DNA of 64,000 nucleotides from an uncultured Victivallales bacterium (GCA_964487695.1 CAZASC010000003.1:19306-83305); one strand, 5' to 3'. Counted from the first letter of the stretch, positions 44,959 through 54,543 are shown. Numbers and translations: made by a program. Notes: generated by a model not told the origin, from the sequence alone.

Positions 44959-45474
44959 ATGCGAAAGAAGACTGCTTCTCGTCCGATTTTACCCGCCTGC
45001 CTGCTGGTCGCGGGTCGCCCGTGCCTTGTTGTCGGCGGGGGCCAGATCGCAACGCGCAAAGCCGGCCACTTGCTTGATGCCGAGGCCGATATAACCGTTG
45101 TCGCTTCCACTGTCACGGAAGCGCTTCGGGAACTCGCCGCTTCCGGGAGGCTTCGGATAATAGCGCGTAATTTTTCGGCGTCAGACATTACAGGGCAGTA
45201 TTTGGTCTTCGCGGCAACGGACGATGAAGATGTGAACAGACAAGTCATTGCGGCCTGTCGCAAGAGCGGCATACTTTGCAGCGCCGTGGACAGTTGCTGG
45301 ACCGAAGGCGATTTCGTTACACCCGCAATATGCAGGAAGAACGGTCTTGTTGTGACAGTTTCGACAGGCGGTCGCTCATGCCGGCAGTCGAGGATGGTTA
45401 AAGAGAGGATCGCGCAAATGCTCGACGCAATGACCGAAGAAGCATCCATGGAAGAAAAGAATGACGCCAAATAG
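44959..45474 (+). CDS. sirC: Precorrin-2 dehydrogenase / sirohydrochlorin ferrochelatase (SirC / CysG N-terminal / Met8-like)
   Basis: Trimmed to ATG 44959. Rossmann block LLVAGRPCLVVGGGQIATRKAGHLLDA, and a size typical of SirC. Confidence 0.75.
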   Translation: MRKKTASRPILPACLLVAGRPCLVVGGGQIATRKAGHLLDAEADITVVASTVTEALRELAASGRLRIIARNFSASDITGQYLVFAATDDEDVNRQVIAACRKSGILCSAVDSCWTEGDFVTPAICRKNGLVVTVSTGGRSCRQSRMVKERIAQMLDAMTEEASMEEKNDAK

Positions 45475-47602
45475 AATTCCACTTAAAGCCGGAACCCGGG
45501 CCAGCAAACTTGCGCGCGTCCAGACTCGCGATGCCTTGGACAAACTTGAGGCATGTTTCCCGGTGTGCACGTTCGAGGATGTGCCCATTTCTTCGCCGGG
45601 CGACCGCGATCTCACGACGGACCTGCGCGTGACGCCGCCAGATTTCTTCACCCGCGACCTTGACGAGAAAGTGCGGAGCGGCGAGTTGGACTGCGCAGTA
45701 CACAGCGCAAAAGATATACCCGATCCCGTGAAGGCGGGATTGGATTGGTTTTGGCTGCCATGGTCCGAGGATGCGCGCGATGCAATTATCATGCCGACCG
45801 GACGCAGCGTGAAAGACATCCCCGCCAATGCAAGAATCGGTGTGAGCAGCGATCGGCGCGAAGCATACTGCCGTCGCAGATTTCCCAATGCGAGTCTGAA
45901 CAACATCAGGGGCAATATCGAGCAGCGTCTGGAACAACTCGACCGGGGTGATTACGACATGCTGATCATGGCCGCCGCCGCGCTAGTGCGACTGGGGCTT
46001 GAGAAACGAATTACCGAATGGATTTCTCTATCGGAACTGCCGCCGCCGGACGGACAAGGATATCTGGGCATGACCTTTAGAGGCGGCGACGAACGCTTCA
46101 CGCGCCTCCGATCGTTCTTTGTCAAAGCAGTCACATTTGCCGCCGCCGGTGTTGGTTCCGGCGGAACCTGCACGCTCGACGCGCTTAAGGCACTTCGTCG
46201 GTGCGACACATGTCTGCACGACGATCTTATGGGCCCTGATCTTCTCGATCAGATTCCGTCGAACGTGGAATGCGTGCATGTCGGCAAGCGATCGGGCCGG
46301 CATAGCATGCCACAGGAGGAAATTACTCAACTCGTCGCCAAGTACGCACGCCGTGGTCTGCGGGTCGTTCGCCTGAAAGGTGGAGATCCGGGAATCTTTG
46401 GCCGTCTCGCTGAGGAAGTTGAGGTTCTCGATTCGCTGGCGTTGCCATACTGCGTATTGCCCGGCGTGAGCAGTCTCATGGCGGCGACAACTGGCACCGG
46501 AATGCTTCTCACACGGCGTGGCGTGTCGCGCGGCTTCACCGTCATGACACCTCGCATGCAAGGCGGTGACATCGGTTCCATCGGCGCTTCCGTTCGCGCG
46601 GGTCTGTCCACTGTGTTTTACATGTCCGTCTCGATCACAAGACAGATCGCAAAGGAATTAATGGATGAAGGACGGTCGCCAGACACGCCGGCCGCCATGG
46701 TTTACGGAGCTGGCGGCGATCAGGCTTTTGTGGTTTCGGGAATTCTCGCCGACATAGCCGACAAGGTGGAGCAAGTTACCACGCAATTGCCCGGCACGCT
46801 TATTATTGGCGAAGCCGCAGGATATCGTTATCGCACCGAATGGGGCGCCCTTCAGGGACGGCGCATTTTGCTGACATCAAGCCAGTCACTTCAGGACAAG
46901 GCCGGCGGCCTGGTGACCGACTTCGGCGGTATCCCGATATTTCGCCCGCTAATCAAGCTGGTGACCACGGACGACGCTTTGCAGTGCATTAGCAGGATCA
47001 AGGAATATGATTGGGTCGTGCTGACATCGCCATCCGCTGTTCGGTGTTTCGCGGACCTGCTGAGAAGCGCGGGAACTGATTTACGTTCTCTTCCTAAACT
47101 CGTAACTTGCGGCGGCGGTACGTCTGATGAACTCCGCGTTATGGGGCTTCGCGCAGACATCGAGCCTCCTTCGAATTTCGGCGCAGATGGTCTGTTGAAA
47201 ACTGTCGAGCCTCTAGTGAGATCGGGCATGCGAATCCTGCGTCTGCGTTCCGACAAGGCCGGCGCGGGCCTATCCGAAGCCTTGCGTGGCCGGGGAGCAA
47301 ATGTGGAAGATTGCATCTTGTACAAGAATGAGCCCATCGAATACGACACCAAGCCGGAATTTGACGCCGTCTTCTTCGCCAGCGCTTCCGCCGTCGAAGT
47401 CTTCGACAAACAGTGGGGAGTTGAAGGGTTGGAAAAGAAGACCGTTGTGGCGATCGGAAAACCTACTCTAGCGGCTTTGGAAAAACGGGGCGCCAAGGTT
47501 AATCTGGTTGGTCCTGAAGCAACGGTGGAATCGTGCCTGACGGAGTTGGCCCGTAAGTACACAAATGAATCACTGAATTCAATAATGGAGAAAACATCAT
47601 GA
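45461..47602 (+). CDS. Triple fusion: HemC-like (domains 1-2 only) + uroporphyrinogen-III C-methyltransferase (CobA) + uroporphyrinogen-III synthase (HemD)
   Basis: aa 1-~215 are HemC-like (GTRASKLARVQ, HSAKDIP, SSDRREAY, IRGNIEQRL, PPDGQGYLGMTFR). aa ~216-470 are SUMT-like (VGKRSGRHSMPQEEI, VVRLKGGDPGIFGR, VLPGVSS). aa ~470-713 are HemD-like (RILLTS.., WVVLTSPSAVRCF, AVFFASASAV). Confidence 0.8.
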   Translation: MTPNRIPLKAGTRASKLARVQTRDALDKLEACFPVCTFEDVPISSPGDRDLTTDLRVTPPDFFTRDLDEKVRSGELDCAVHSAKDIPDPVKAGLDWFWLPWSEDARDAIIMPTGRSVKDIPANARIGVSSDRREAYCRRRFPNASLNNIRGNIEQRLEQLDRGDYDMLIMAAAALVRLGLEKRITEWISLSELPPPDGQGYLGMTFRGGDERFTRLRSFFVKAVTFAAAGVGSGGTCTLDALKALRRCDTCLHDDLMGPDLLDQIPSNVECVHVGKRSGRHSMPQEEITQLVAKYARRGLRVVRLKGGDPGIFGRLAEEVEVLDSLALPYCVLPGVSSLMAATTGTGMLLTRRGVSRGFTVMTPRMQGGDIGSIGASVRAGLSTVFYMSVSITRQIAKELMDEGRSPDTPAAMVYGAGGDQAFVVSGILADIADKVEQVTTQLPGTLIIGEAAGYRYRTEWGALQGRRILLTSSQSLQDKAGGLVTDFGGIPIFRPLIKLVTTDDALQCISRIKEYDWVVLTSPSAVRCFADLLRSAGTDLRSLPKLVTCGGGTSDELRVMGLRADIEPPSNFGADGLLKTVEPLVRSGMRILRLRSDKAGAGLSEALRGRGANVEDCILYKNEPIEYDTKPEFDAVFFASASAVEVFDKQWGVEGLEKKTVVAIGKPTLAALEKRGAKVNLVGPEATVESCLTELARKYTNESLNSIMEKTS

Positions 47603-48579
47603 ATACATTTCCCGATGTCAGGCTTCGCCGGTTGCGTCGTACATCATCGCTGCGGAATATGTTCGACATGCCGATGCCGGGGCCGGAGAAGTTTATATGG
47701 CCGGCATTTGTTGTGGCCGGAAAGAAGCAGCGTCAGAAGATTGATGCCATGCCCGGTCAGTATCGTTGCAGCGTGGACACGCTTTTGAAGGAACTGAAAC
47801 CGGTTGTGGAGTCTGGAGTGGGCGGAGTTCTGCTTTTCGGCCTTGTGGACGACGACAAGAAAGACCACAAGGGCACCGCTGCGTGTGAAGAGAGCGGCGC
47901 GGTCCAGCAGGCGGTGAGGGCAATCCGCGCCGAATATCCCGATCTGGTGATCTTCACCGATGTGTGTCTTTGCGCTTACACGACGCATGGCCACTGCGGG
48001 CCCGTGCGTGATGACGACGTGGATAACGACGCAGCCAATGAGATGCTGGCCAAAGTGGCCGTTTCCCATGCCGCAGCCGGCGCGCACGGCGTGGCGCCGA
48101 GCGCCATGATGGATGGCCAGGTACAAGCTATACGTTCTGCCCTGAGTTCATCAGGATTCGAGCAGACCATACTGATGAGTTATTCAAGCAAGTTTGCCTC
48201 ATCCATGTACGGGCCATTCCGGGAAGCTGAAAAGTCGTCGCCGCAAAAAGGTGACCGGCGCGGTTACCAGGCCAGCTATGGTGACATCAGGCAGGCATTG
48301 CGCGAGTCCAAGCTGGACGAGCAGGAAGGAGCGGACATCCTCATGGTCAAGCCATCGCTATTTTATCTGGACATCATTGCCCGTCTTCGCGAAATGACCG
48401 ATCTGCCTATTGCCGTGTATAATGTGAGCGGAGAATATTCGATGCTGATTGCCACCGCCGATCGCGGTTGGGGCAATCTGCGTGATATGGTGCGCGAATC
48501 AACCGTTGCACTGGCCAGATCGGGGGCCGATCTGTTGATTTCGTACTGGGCCAATAGGTATAGGGAGTTTCTAAAATAG
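47599..48579 (+). CDS. hemB: Porphobilinogen synthase (ALA dehydratase), Zn-type
   Basis: RLRRLR N-terminus, Cys-rich Zn site DVCLCAYTTHGHCG, and Schiff-base Lys context ILMVKPS. Confidence 0.9.
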   Translation: MNTFPDVRLRRLRRTSSLRNMFDMPMPGPEKFIWPAFVVAGKKQRQKIDAMPGQYRCSVDTLLKELKPVVESGVGGVLLFGLVDDDKKDHKGTAACEESGAVQQAVRAIRAEYPDLVIFTDVCLCAYTTHGHCGPVRDDDVDNDAANEMLAKVAVSHAAAGAHGVAPSAMMDGQVQAIRSALSSSGFEQTILMSYSSKFASSMYGPFREAEKSSPQKGDRRGYQASYGDIRQALRESKLDEQEGADILMVKPSLFYLDIIARLREMTDLPIAVYNVSGEYSMLIATADRGWGNLRDMVRESTVALARSGADLLISYWANRYREFLK

Positions 48580-48667
48580 TGTGCAGTGTTCAGTGGTCGG
48601 TGTTTAGGAAAAGAACCAAGTGCTGAACACTGACCACCGAACGCTGACCACTGAGAGAGGGACCAAC

Positions 48668-49942
48668 ATGACATCGAAAGAGTTGTTTGAAAGGGCCAAG
48701 CTCGTCATCCCCGGCGGAGTGAACAGTCCGGTTCGCGCATTCAACGCCGTCGGTGGCGACCCCATTTACGTGGAAAAAGGCAAAGGTTCCAGAATATGGA
48801 CGGCTGAAGGTCGGGAGCTGACTGACTTCTGTGGCTCATGGGGACCGCTGATACTTGGACATGCGCGTGCCGAAATAGTTGACGCCATCCAGCGCGCTGC
48901 GGCGGAAGGCACCACGTTTGGAATCAATACCAGACGCGAAGTGGAGTTCGCCGAATATTTATGCGAATTGGTTCCCTATATGGATATGGTGCGATTGGTC
49001 AATTCCGGCACCGAAGCCGTTATGACAGCGCTTCGCCTTGCGCGAGGATTCACCGGTCGGATCAAGCTCATCAAATTCGACGGCTGTTATCACGGCCACG
49101 CCGACTACCTGCTCGTCTCCGCCGGTAGCGGATTACTGACCGGCGGCATCACATCGTCGGCAGGTGTTTCGCCCGCAGCAGTGGCGGAAGTGCTGGTGCT
49201 TCCGTATAACGATCTTGATGCCGTGCGCAGCGTGCTGGACAAAGACGGCAAAGAAATAGCCGCAGTCATAATCGAACCAGTGGCAGGCAACATGGGGTTG
49301 GTTCCTCCGGCTACGGGATTTTTGAAAGGGCTTCGGGAATTAACGCAGGCGTGCGGTTCGTTGCTTATTTTTGACGAGGTCATCACTGGCTTTCGTCTTG
49401 GCCCGACAACATACGGATCGCTTTGCGGAGTGACGCCAGATCTGACATGTCTCGGCAAGATCATCGGAGGCGGGATGCCGATCGGTGCGGTTGGCGGCAG
49501 GGCTGAGATCATGCGCTCGCTGGCCCCGCTCGGTCCCGTGTATCAGGCTGGAACGCTCAGCGGCAACCCAGTTGCCGTGGCGGCTGGAATGATGACGCTG
49601 CAGTTGCTCAAGAAAGAGAATCCGTATCCAGCTATGGAATCGCTCTGCAAGAGTCTTGCGGATGGCGTTAATGCTGAGGCGCGGAAGCACGGCGTTGTCC
49701 TGCATTGTGCGCAACTCGGCGGATTGTTTACACCGTTCTTCACCAGCACTCAGGTGACAGATCTTGCCACCGCGAAGCATTCAAACGTGAAAGCTCATGC
49801 CGCGTTCTTCCACGGGATGCTGGATCGCGGCTTCTATTTGCCGCCATCGCAGTTTGAAGTGGGTTTTGTTTCCTCCGCTCACAACGCCGGGGACATCGAA
49901 CGCTTTGTGAAGGCCGCCGGCGCAGCTCTATCGGCATACTGA
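48668..49942 (+). CDS. hemL: Glutamate-1-semialdehyde 2,1-aminomutase
   Basis: Trimmed to ATG 48668 (GAGAGAGGG RBS). Contains IPGGVNSPVRAF, FDEVITGFR and the PLP-Lys block LGKIIGGGMPIGA. Confidence 0.9.
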   Translation: MTSKELFERAKLVIPGGVNSPVRAFNAVGGDPIYVEKGKGSRIWTAEGRELTDFCGSWGPLILGHARAEIVDAIQRAAAEGTTFGINTRREVEFAEYLCELVPYMDMVRLVNSGTEAVMTALRLARGFTGRIKLIKFDGCYHGHADYLLVSAGSGLLTGGITSSAGVSPAAVAEVLVLPYNDLDAVRSVLDKDGKEIAAVIIEPVAGNMGLVPPATGFLKGLRELTQACGSLLIFDEVITGFRLGPTTYGSLCGVTPDLTCLGKIIGGGMPIGAVGGRAEIMRSLAPLGPVYQAGTLSGNPVAVAAGMMTLQLLKKENPYPAMESLCKSLADGVNAEARKHGVVLHCAQLGGLFTPFFTSTQVTDLATAKHSNVKAHAAFFHGMLDRGFYLPPSQFEVGFVSSAHNAGDIERFVKAAGAALSAY

Positions 49943-49963
49943 TGCATAGTCGGAGATGATTCC

Positions 49964-50227
49964 ATGCACGCACCGTACAGCCCCTGGGCAATCGCTCCCG
50001 TCGTTTTGCTGCTGAATTTGCCTTTCGGCTATTGGCGGGCGCTCTGCCGTAAGTTCTCATTCTCGTGGTTTGTGTCCATCCACGCCCCAATCATTCTCGG
50101 CATCGCGCTTCGGCTCCTGCTCGGCATCCCATTTCGCCTTGCAACTTTTCCGTTCTACGTCCTGGCCTTTCTCATTGGTCAGTCTCTGGGCGGTCGAATC
50201 CATCGGCTCACTCGGTCCCAGTCGTAA
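49964..50227 (+). CDS. Small hypothetical membrane protein (about 3 TM)
   Basis: The 87-aa product is hydrophobic and follows hemL by 21 nt. No recognisable family. Confidence 0.4.
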   Translation: MHAPYSPWAIAPVVLLLNLPFGYWRALCRKFSFSWFVSIHAPIILGIALRLLLGIPFRLATFPFYVLAFLIGQSLGGRIHRLTRSQS

Positions 50228-50348
50228 AAAAACCTTTTCAGGTGGAACGGGCTCTCCGAGCACGTTCGTATTGTCCAAAATGGGACCATACAAGTGCCAG
50301 AGATGCCGCTCGGAGATCGGCGTCCAGTGCGCACGCATAAATAGATGG

Positions 50349-52478
50349 TCATGTCGCAGCAAAAGGCTTGAGCAAGAAGATCGTCTCGGCGCCAAACTTG
50401 CTGGCTTTGGCGGGGCCGATGCCGCGAACTTCCATGAGTTCTGCTTCTGTCTGGGGCAGACGACTCGCGAGGTCTTCCAGCGTGGCGTCCGGATAGATGA
50501 TATAGGCCGGTACGTTTCCCATGGCTGCGGCCTTCTGACGCCGCCACGTCCGTAGCGCTTCAAAGGCTTCCTGGTTGAACGATGGATCGTTGTCGCCAGC
50601 CACATGTCGCGATTTGGCTCTTGCTGCACGAGTCGCCTTCGGTTTCGCATCGGTCTGTGTCGGCATGGCCAGCGGAACTGTTTTCTTCCGATGCACTACT
50701 TCCAAGCCCAGGGCGGTCAGCGAAAGAGTGGGGTACTCGCCGTTGCTGACCTCTATGCAGCAGGCTTTGATCAACGCTTCGATCAGACTCCACACATAGT
50801 CTGCGCCTTCAGTTGAAAGGAGTCCATAGGTCGGAAGGCGATCCAGCCCGAGATCGAGCAATTCCTTGGCATGCGACCCCACGAGTGTCTGCGTCACCCG
50901 CCCGCGTCCGAAACGTCCGTTCAATCGTCCCACACAACTGAGTGCCTTTTGGATAGTGACCGTTTCCGACTCCGTGGGCAGACGAGTCGTGACATTCAAG
51001 TGTGAGAGGCAATTGTCGCAAACGGCACAACTGCGCGCGGCTTCTGTGTCGCCAAAATATTCCAGGATGAATTGGTGACGACAGCCCCGGTGCCCAGTGA
51101 AATCTATCATTCGGCGCAGTTTGCTGCCGTCGCGTTCGAGTTTCGTTTTTAGCGCATCGAAATCAATCGTCACTTCGGCAAGCGGTTTCACTGGAAGATT
51201 CAGTTGCGTGGTGTACGTGCGTCCGCCCTGCGCATACTCTCGACGGATGCAGCCTGACCGTTCCAGTAAATAGAGTCCTGTGCCGACGGCCATCTCGTTC
51301 TTTGCGCCAACCACATGCTCCGCGATTTCTGAGATCGGCATTTCGATGGGGCCATTCTTGCATAGAACTTGCAGCGTTGAGTACAGCTCTGCAATGATCT
51401 CGCGTGTGGGATTGGCGCCTTGGATAAAGAATTCCTGGGTCCGGACGTCGGCGTAATTGAACAACAACTCGCATCGTGCTGGTTCGCCGTTGCGGCCGGC
51501 ACGTCCCGCTTCCTGATAGTAGGCTTCGACGCTGCCGGGAACATCGTAATGTATTACGAAACGCAGATCGGATCGGTCAACGCCCATCCCAAAGGCGTTG
51601 GTGGCAACGGCAACTGGACAGCCGCCTGTCATGAAGCGATCCTGCTGCTTGGTGCGTTCTTTCTCTGGCATACCGCCATGGTAGGCGACGCACGCAATCC
51701 CGGAGCTCTTCAGATCTGCGGTGACACGTTCCACGTTCTTACGGGTGGCGCAGTAGACGATACCCGTTTTCATAGCCCGGATGGTTCGCACGATGCAATC
51801 CAGTTTCGCCGCCTTATTCGCTGTGTGAGTTACAGCCAGCGTCAGATTGTGCCGGGCAAATCCGGAAACGAAGACCTTTGGCGGTTTGCGACGCCCTTTA
51901 CCAAGACTCAACTGCGCGATGATGTCGTCGCGCACTTCCGGCGTCGCCGTAGCGGTAAGTGCAGCTACCGGCGGTTGCCCCAGATTCTCCAGTACCCATT
52001 TCAACCTGAGATAATCGGGTCGGAAATCGTGTCCCCACTGTGAGATGCAATGTGCCTCGTCTATCGCAAACAGGGCGATTGAAAGTGGCGAAATGGCTTC
52101 CACAAAGCGTTTGCTCTTGAATCGCTCGGGCGCAACGTAAACCAGCCGGTAATCCCCATGCGCCAGACCGTCAATGCGCTTGCCGATCTCCGATTCGGAC
52201 AACGACGAGTTGATGCATGTGGCGGGAATCTTCTTCGCGGCCAGGCCATCCACTTGGTCTTTCATCAATGCGATCAGCGGAGATACCACCACGGTGATTC
52301 CCTGTAGCAACATGGCAGGGAGTTGATAACACAGCGACTTGCCGCCGCCTGTTGGCATGACGATGAGGGTGTCTTCACCGTTGATGATCGCCTCCATGGC
52401 GGATTGCTGGCCTTCGAGAAATTCTCGGAAGCCAAAATGCGTCTCCAGAAGCTGATGCATTTGAGTTTGTTTTTCCAC
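50349..52478 (-). CDS. recQ: ATP-dependent DNA helicase RecQ
   Basis: Walker A (MPTGGGKSLCYQLPA), DEAH box (FAIDEAHCISQWGHDFRPDY), Zn-binding Cys cluster (CRHQ..CAVCDNC), and a C-terminal HRDC-like region (..LRTWRRQKAAAMGNVPAYIIYPDATL..). Confidence 0.9.
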   Translation of the reverse strand: MEKQTQMHQLLETHFGFREFLEGQQSAMEAIINGEDTLIVMPTGGGKSLCYQLPAMLLQGITVVVSPLIALMKDQVDGLAAKKIPATCINSSLSESEIGKRIDGLAHGDYRLVYVAPERFKSKRFVEAISPLSIALFAIDEAHCISQWGHDFRPDYLRLKWVLENLGQPPVAALTATATPEVRDDIIAQLSLGKGRRKPPKVFVSGFARHNLTLAVTHTANKAAKLDCIVRTIRAMKTGIVYCATRKNVERVTADLKSSGIACVAYHGGMPEKERTKQQDRFMTGGCPVAVATNAFGMGVDRSDLRFVIHYDVPGSVEAYYQEAGRAGRNGEPARCELLFNYADVRTQEFFIQGANPTREIIAELYSTLQVLCKNGPIEMPISEIAEHVVGAKNEMAVGTGLYLLERSGCIRREYAQGGRTYTTQLNLPVKPLAEVTIDFDALKTKLERDGSKLRRMIDFTGHRGCRHQFILEYFGDTEAARSCAVCDNCLSHLNVTTRLPTESETVTIQKALSCVGRLNGRFGRGRVTQTLVGSHAKELLDLGLDRLPTYGLLSTEGADYVWSLIEALIKACCIEVSNGEYPTLSLTALGLEVVHRKKTVPLAMPTQTDAKPKATRAARAKSRHVAGDNDPSFNQEAFEALRTWRRQKAAAMGNVPAYIIYPDATLEDLASRLPQTEAELMEVRGIGPAKASKFGAETIFLLKPFAAT

Positions 52479-52640
52479 GCAGAGAATGTAGAACCGGCTC
52501 TGCTGAATGGCAAATGAGAAGTGATTGTATCCAGTCAGTTACCTGATGGCCTCAATGTAGCTGCGTCTGATAAGACGCGGCTACGAAAACGAGACCGTCC
52601 AGTAACTTAAGGAATACAAGTACGCGTCGGGATAAATAGT

Positions 52641-53870
52641 ATGACTGATGATTGCAAAAAGATCATTCGAGATGGCGTTCTTTTAGCAGGCGCTTCCTTC
52701 TCTCGTGCCGTTTTCAGCGGGCCTCGCAACGAGACAATGTTCGTCAAAGTCGTTGTGCGCTCTGTTGAAATCAAGGGCGTCAGGCAAGTCCAGTTCTCGT
52801 ACTTGGACAAAGAGAAAGACATAACAAAGAACTACTCGAATGATGAAGTTGCCGCCAGTTTGGACGAGCTGCTCGATCTTCCCTTCAGAAACATTCGCGT
52901 GGAAACTTCCAACGGCGATCTCGATGTTCACATCAGCAAGAAAGGTCGGCACTCGGTCACGAGAAGCCGCTCTGCCGGAAACGCGGCGGTCGTGGATTTG
53001 TCGCATGATCGCAAGAAGCAAAGAATTCTCGATAGCTCGGCGCCGTTCCTGCAAGCCGTTGGAATTACGACGAGCGACTCGAAGATCAAGGCCAGCATGA
53101 ACGACAAGTTCAGGCAGATCAACGAGTTCGTTCGTTTGATGGCTGAAACGAATGTATTGAAGGAGTTTGCCGGCAAGCCTGTACGTGTGGTGGATTTTGG
53201 CTGTGGCAATGCCCACCTCACTTTCGCAACCTGTCATTATCTCAATAACATCCTTGGACTTGAGGCGCACATATGCGGCATTGATGTCAAAGCCAACCTT
53301 CTAGCGAAACATCGCGAACATGCGAAAGCACTCGGCTGGGATCGGCTGACGTTTCAGCAAGCCGAAATAGCGGAGTTTCAACCTGATTACGTTCCGGATA
53401 TAGTCATGGCTTTGCACGCCTGCGATACCGCGACAGACGACGCGCTGGCGTTTGCCATACGGCGTGGCGCGAAAATCGTACTGTGCGCGCCGTGTTGCCA
53501 ACATGAACTTCAGTCGCAGCTGGCTCAAACCGGGATGCCTGCGCAACTCGAAGCGATTTCACGTTTCGGCATACTGCGCGAACGCATGGGAGACATCCTG
53601 ACTGACACATTTAGAGCAACAATCCTGCGAATCGACGGATATCGGACGGATGTGGTCCAGTTCGTGTCTTCCGAGCATACCGCAAAGAATCTGATGATTC
53701 GCGCCGTCAAAACGGCATCGCAGAACGATATGCGCACATCGGAAGAGTATCGCGCTCTCAAGGCGTTTTGGAATACCACTCCCTACCTGGAACATTTGCT
53801 GAGAGATGCAGGATTTTCCCTTGAGTCTGGGGGTTCTTCTGGGGACGTGTTTTTACAACGTACGATCTAA
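52641..53870 (+). CDS. SAM-dependent methyltransferase with uncharacterised N-terminal domain
   Basis: SAM motif VRVVDFGCGNAHLT and the downstream block VMALHACDTATD. The N-terminal ~170 aa are unassigned. Confidence 0.65.
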   Translation: MTDDCKKIIRDGVLLAGASFSRAVFSGPRNETMFVKVVVRSVEIKGVRQVQFSYLDKEKDITKNYSNDEVAASLDELLDLPFRNIRVETSNGDLDVHISKKGRHSVTRSRSAGNAAVVDLSHDRKKQRILDSSAPFLQAVGITTSDSKIKASMNDKFRQINEFVRLMAETNVLKEFAGKPVRVVDFGCGNAHLTFATCHYLNNILGLEAHICGIDVKANLLAKHREHAKALGWDRLTFQQAEIAEFQPDYVPDIVMALHACDTATDDALAFAIRRGAKIVLCAPCCQHELQSQLAQTGMPAQLEAISRFGILRERMGDILTDTFRATILRIDGYRTDVVQFVSSEHTAKNLMIRAVKTASQNDMRTSEEYRALKAFWNTTPYLEHLLRDAGFSLESGGSSGDVFLQRTI

Positions 53871-54276
53871 TTTACTTGGTTGAGCATTCTTTGGCAGAGG
53901 AGAAGAGGATGGTAAGACATGCAATGAATTTGAATTGCGAAGATACGTTCCCAAAAATAGGTAAGTGCGGCGCAGGCGCGCTGCACTTCCTCTTGAATTG
54001 CTGGTGGTTGTTGGGCAATCTGATTTTTCGGAGTTTTTCAAGCCAACTATCATTGACTGCAACCAGGTGTTCGAGTTATCGAAAGAGGAATTGATCCAGA
54101 AGTTCAATGCGGGAGGATTGCGTCATCATCTGGATTTGCCTAAAGAAATCTTGAAGAAGGTTTGGCTGGGAGTAAGGCGAAGCCCACGAGTAGACGAAAT
54201 CCACAAACGCTTGCTTCCGTCTGAACTCGAAAATGGATAAAGATATAAGAAGACCGCACCACCACAACTTGTTTAA

Positions 54277-54455
54277 AAGCTCTGGAATTACTGCAATATT
54301 CTCCGGGATGATGGTTTGTCATATGGAGACTATGTCGAGCAACTGACGTATTTGCTATTCCTCGACATCTTCCGGCCCCGGAACTTATAGCCGAAGAAAT
54401 AACGGCGGACCTGGAATCAGTCGTCGAGCAATTCGCCACCATCACTGAAGACTAG
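54277..54455 (+). pseudogene. hsdM: Remnant of a type I restriction-modification methylase gene (hsdM) with large internal deletion
   Basis: One frame reads KLWNYCNILRDDGLSYGDYVEQLTYLLFL, closely resembling the HsdM N-terminus (EcoKI: KLWKLCDNLRDGGVSYQNYVNELASLLFLK). It is preceded by TAA and stops after ~37 codons. A second frame reads PELIAEEITADLESVVEQFATITED-stop, like an HsdM C-terminus. No start codon. The surrounding region is AT-rich. Confidence 0.55.
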
Positions 54456-54514
54456 CGAGTGTAGATATCTTACAGTTTCCGAAGTATTATCACAGAATTG
54501 TATCGAAACCTTCG

Positions 54515-54543
54515 TTGACAACCACAATGTGGGACTGTACATT
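54515..54543 (+). promoter_or_regulatory. Candidate sigma70-type promoter for the nuo operon
   Basis: TTGACA (54515-54520), a 17-nt spacer, then TACATT (54538-54543), ~80 nt upstream of nuoA. This is a consensus match only, and the promoter rules of this lineage are unknown. Confidence 0.25.

Noticed and set aside
53965-54240. 91-aa ORF in the AT-rich scar
   Set aside because: It has no recognisable motifs and no clear RBS, and it sits in a degraded region. I treated it as a possible gene fragment rather than a feature.
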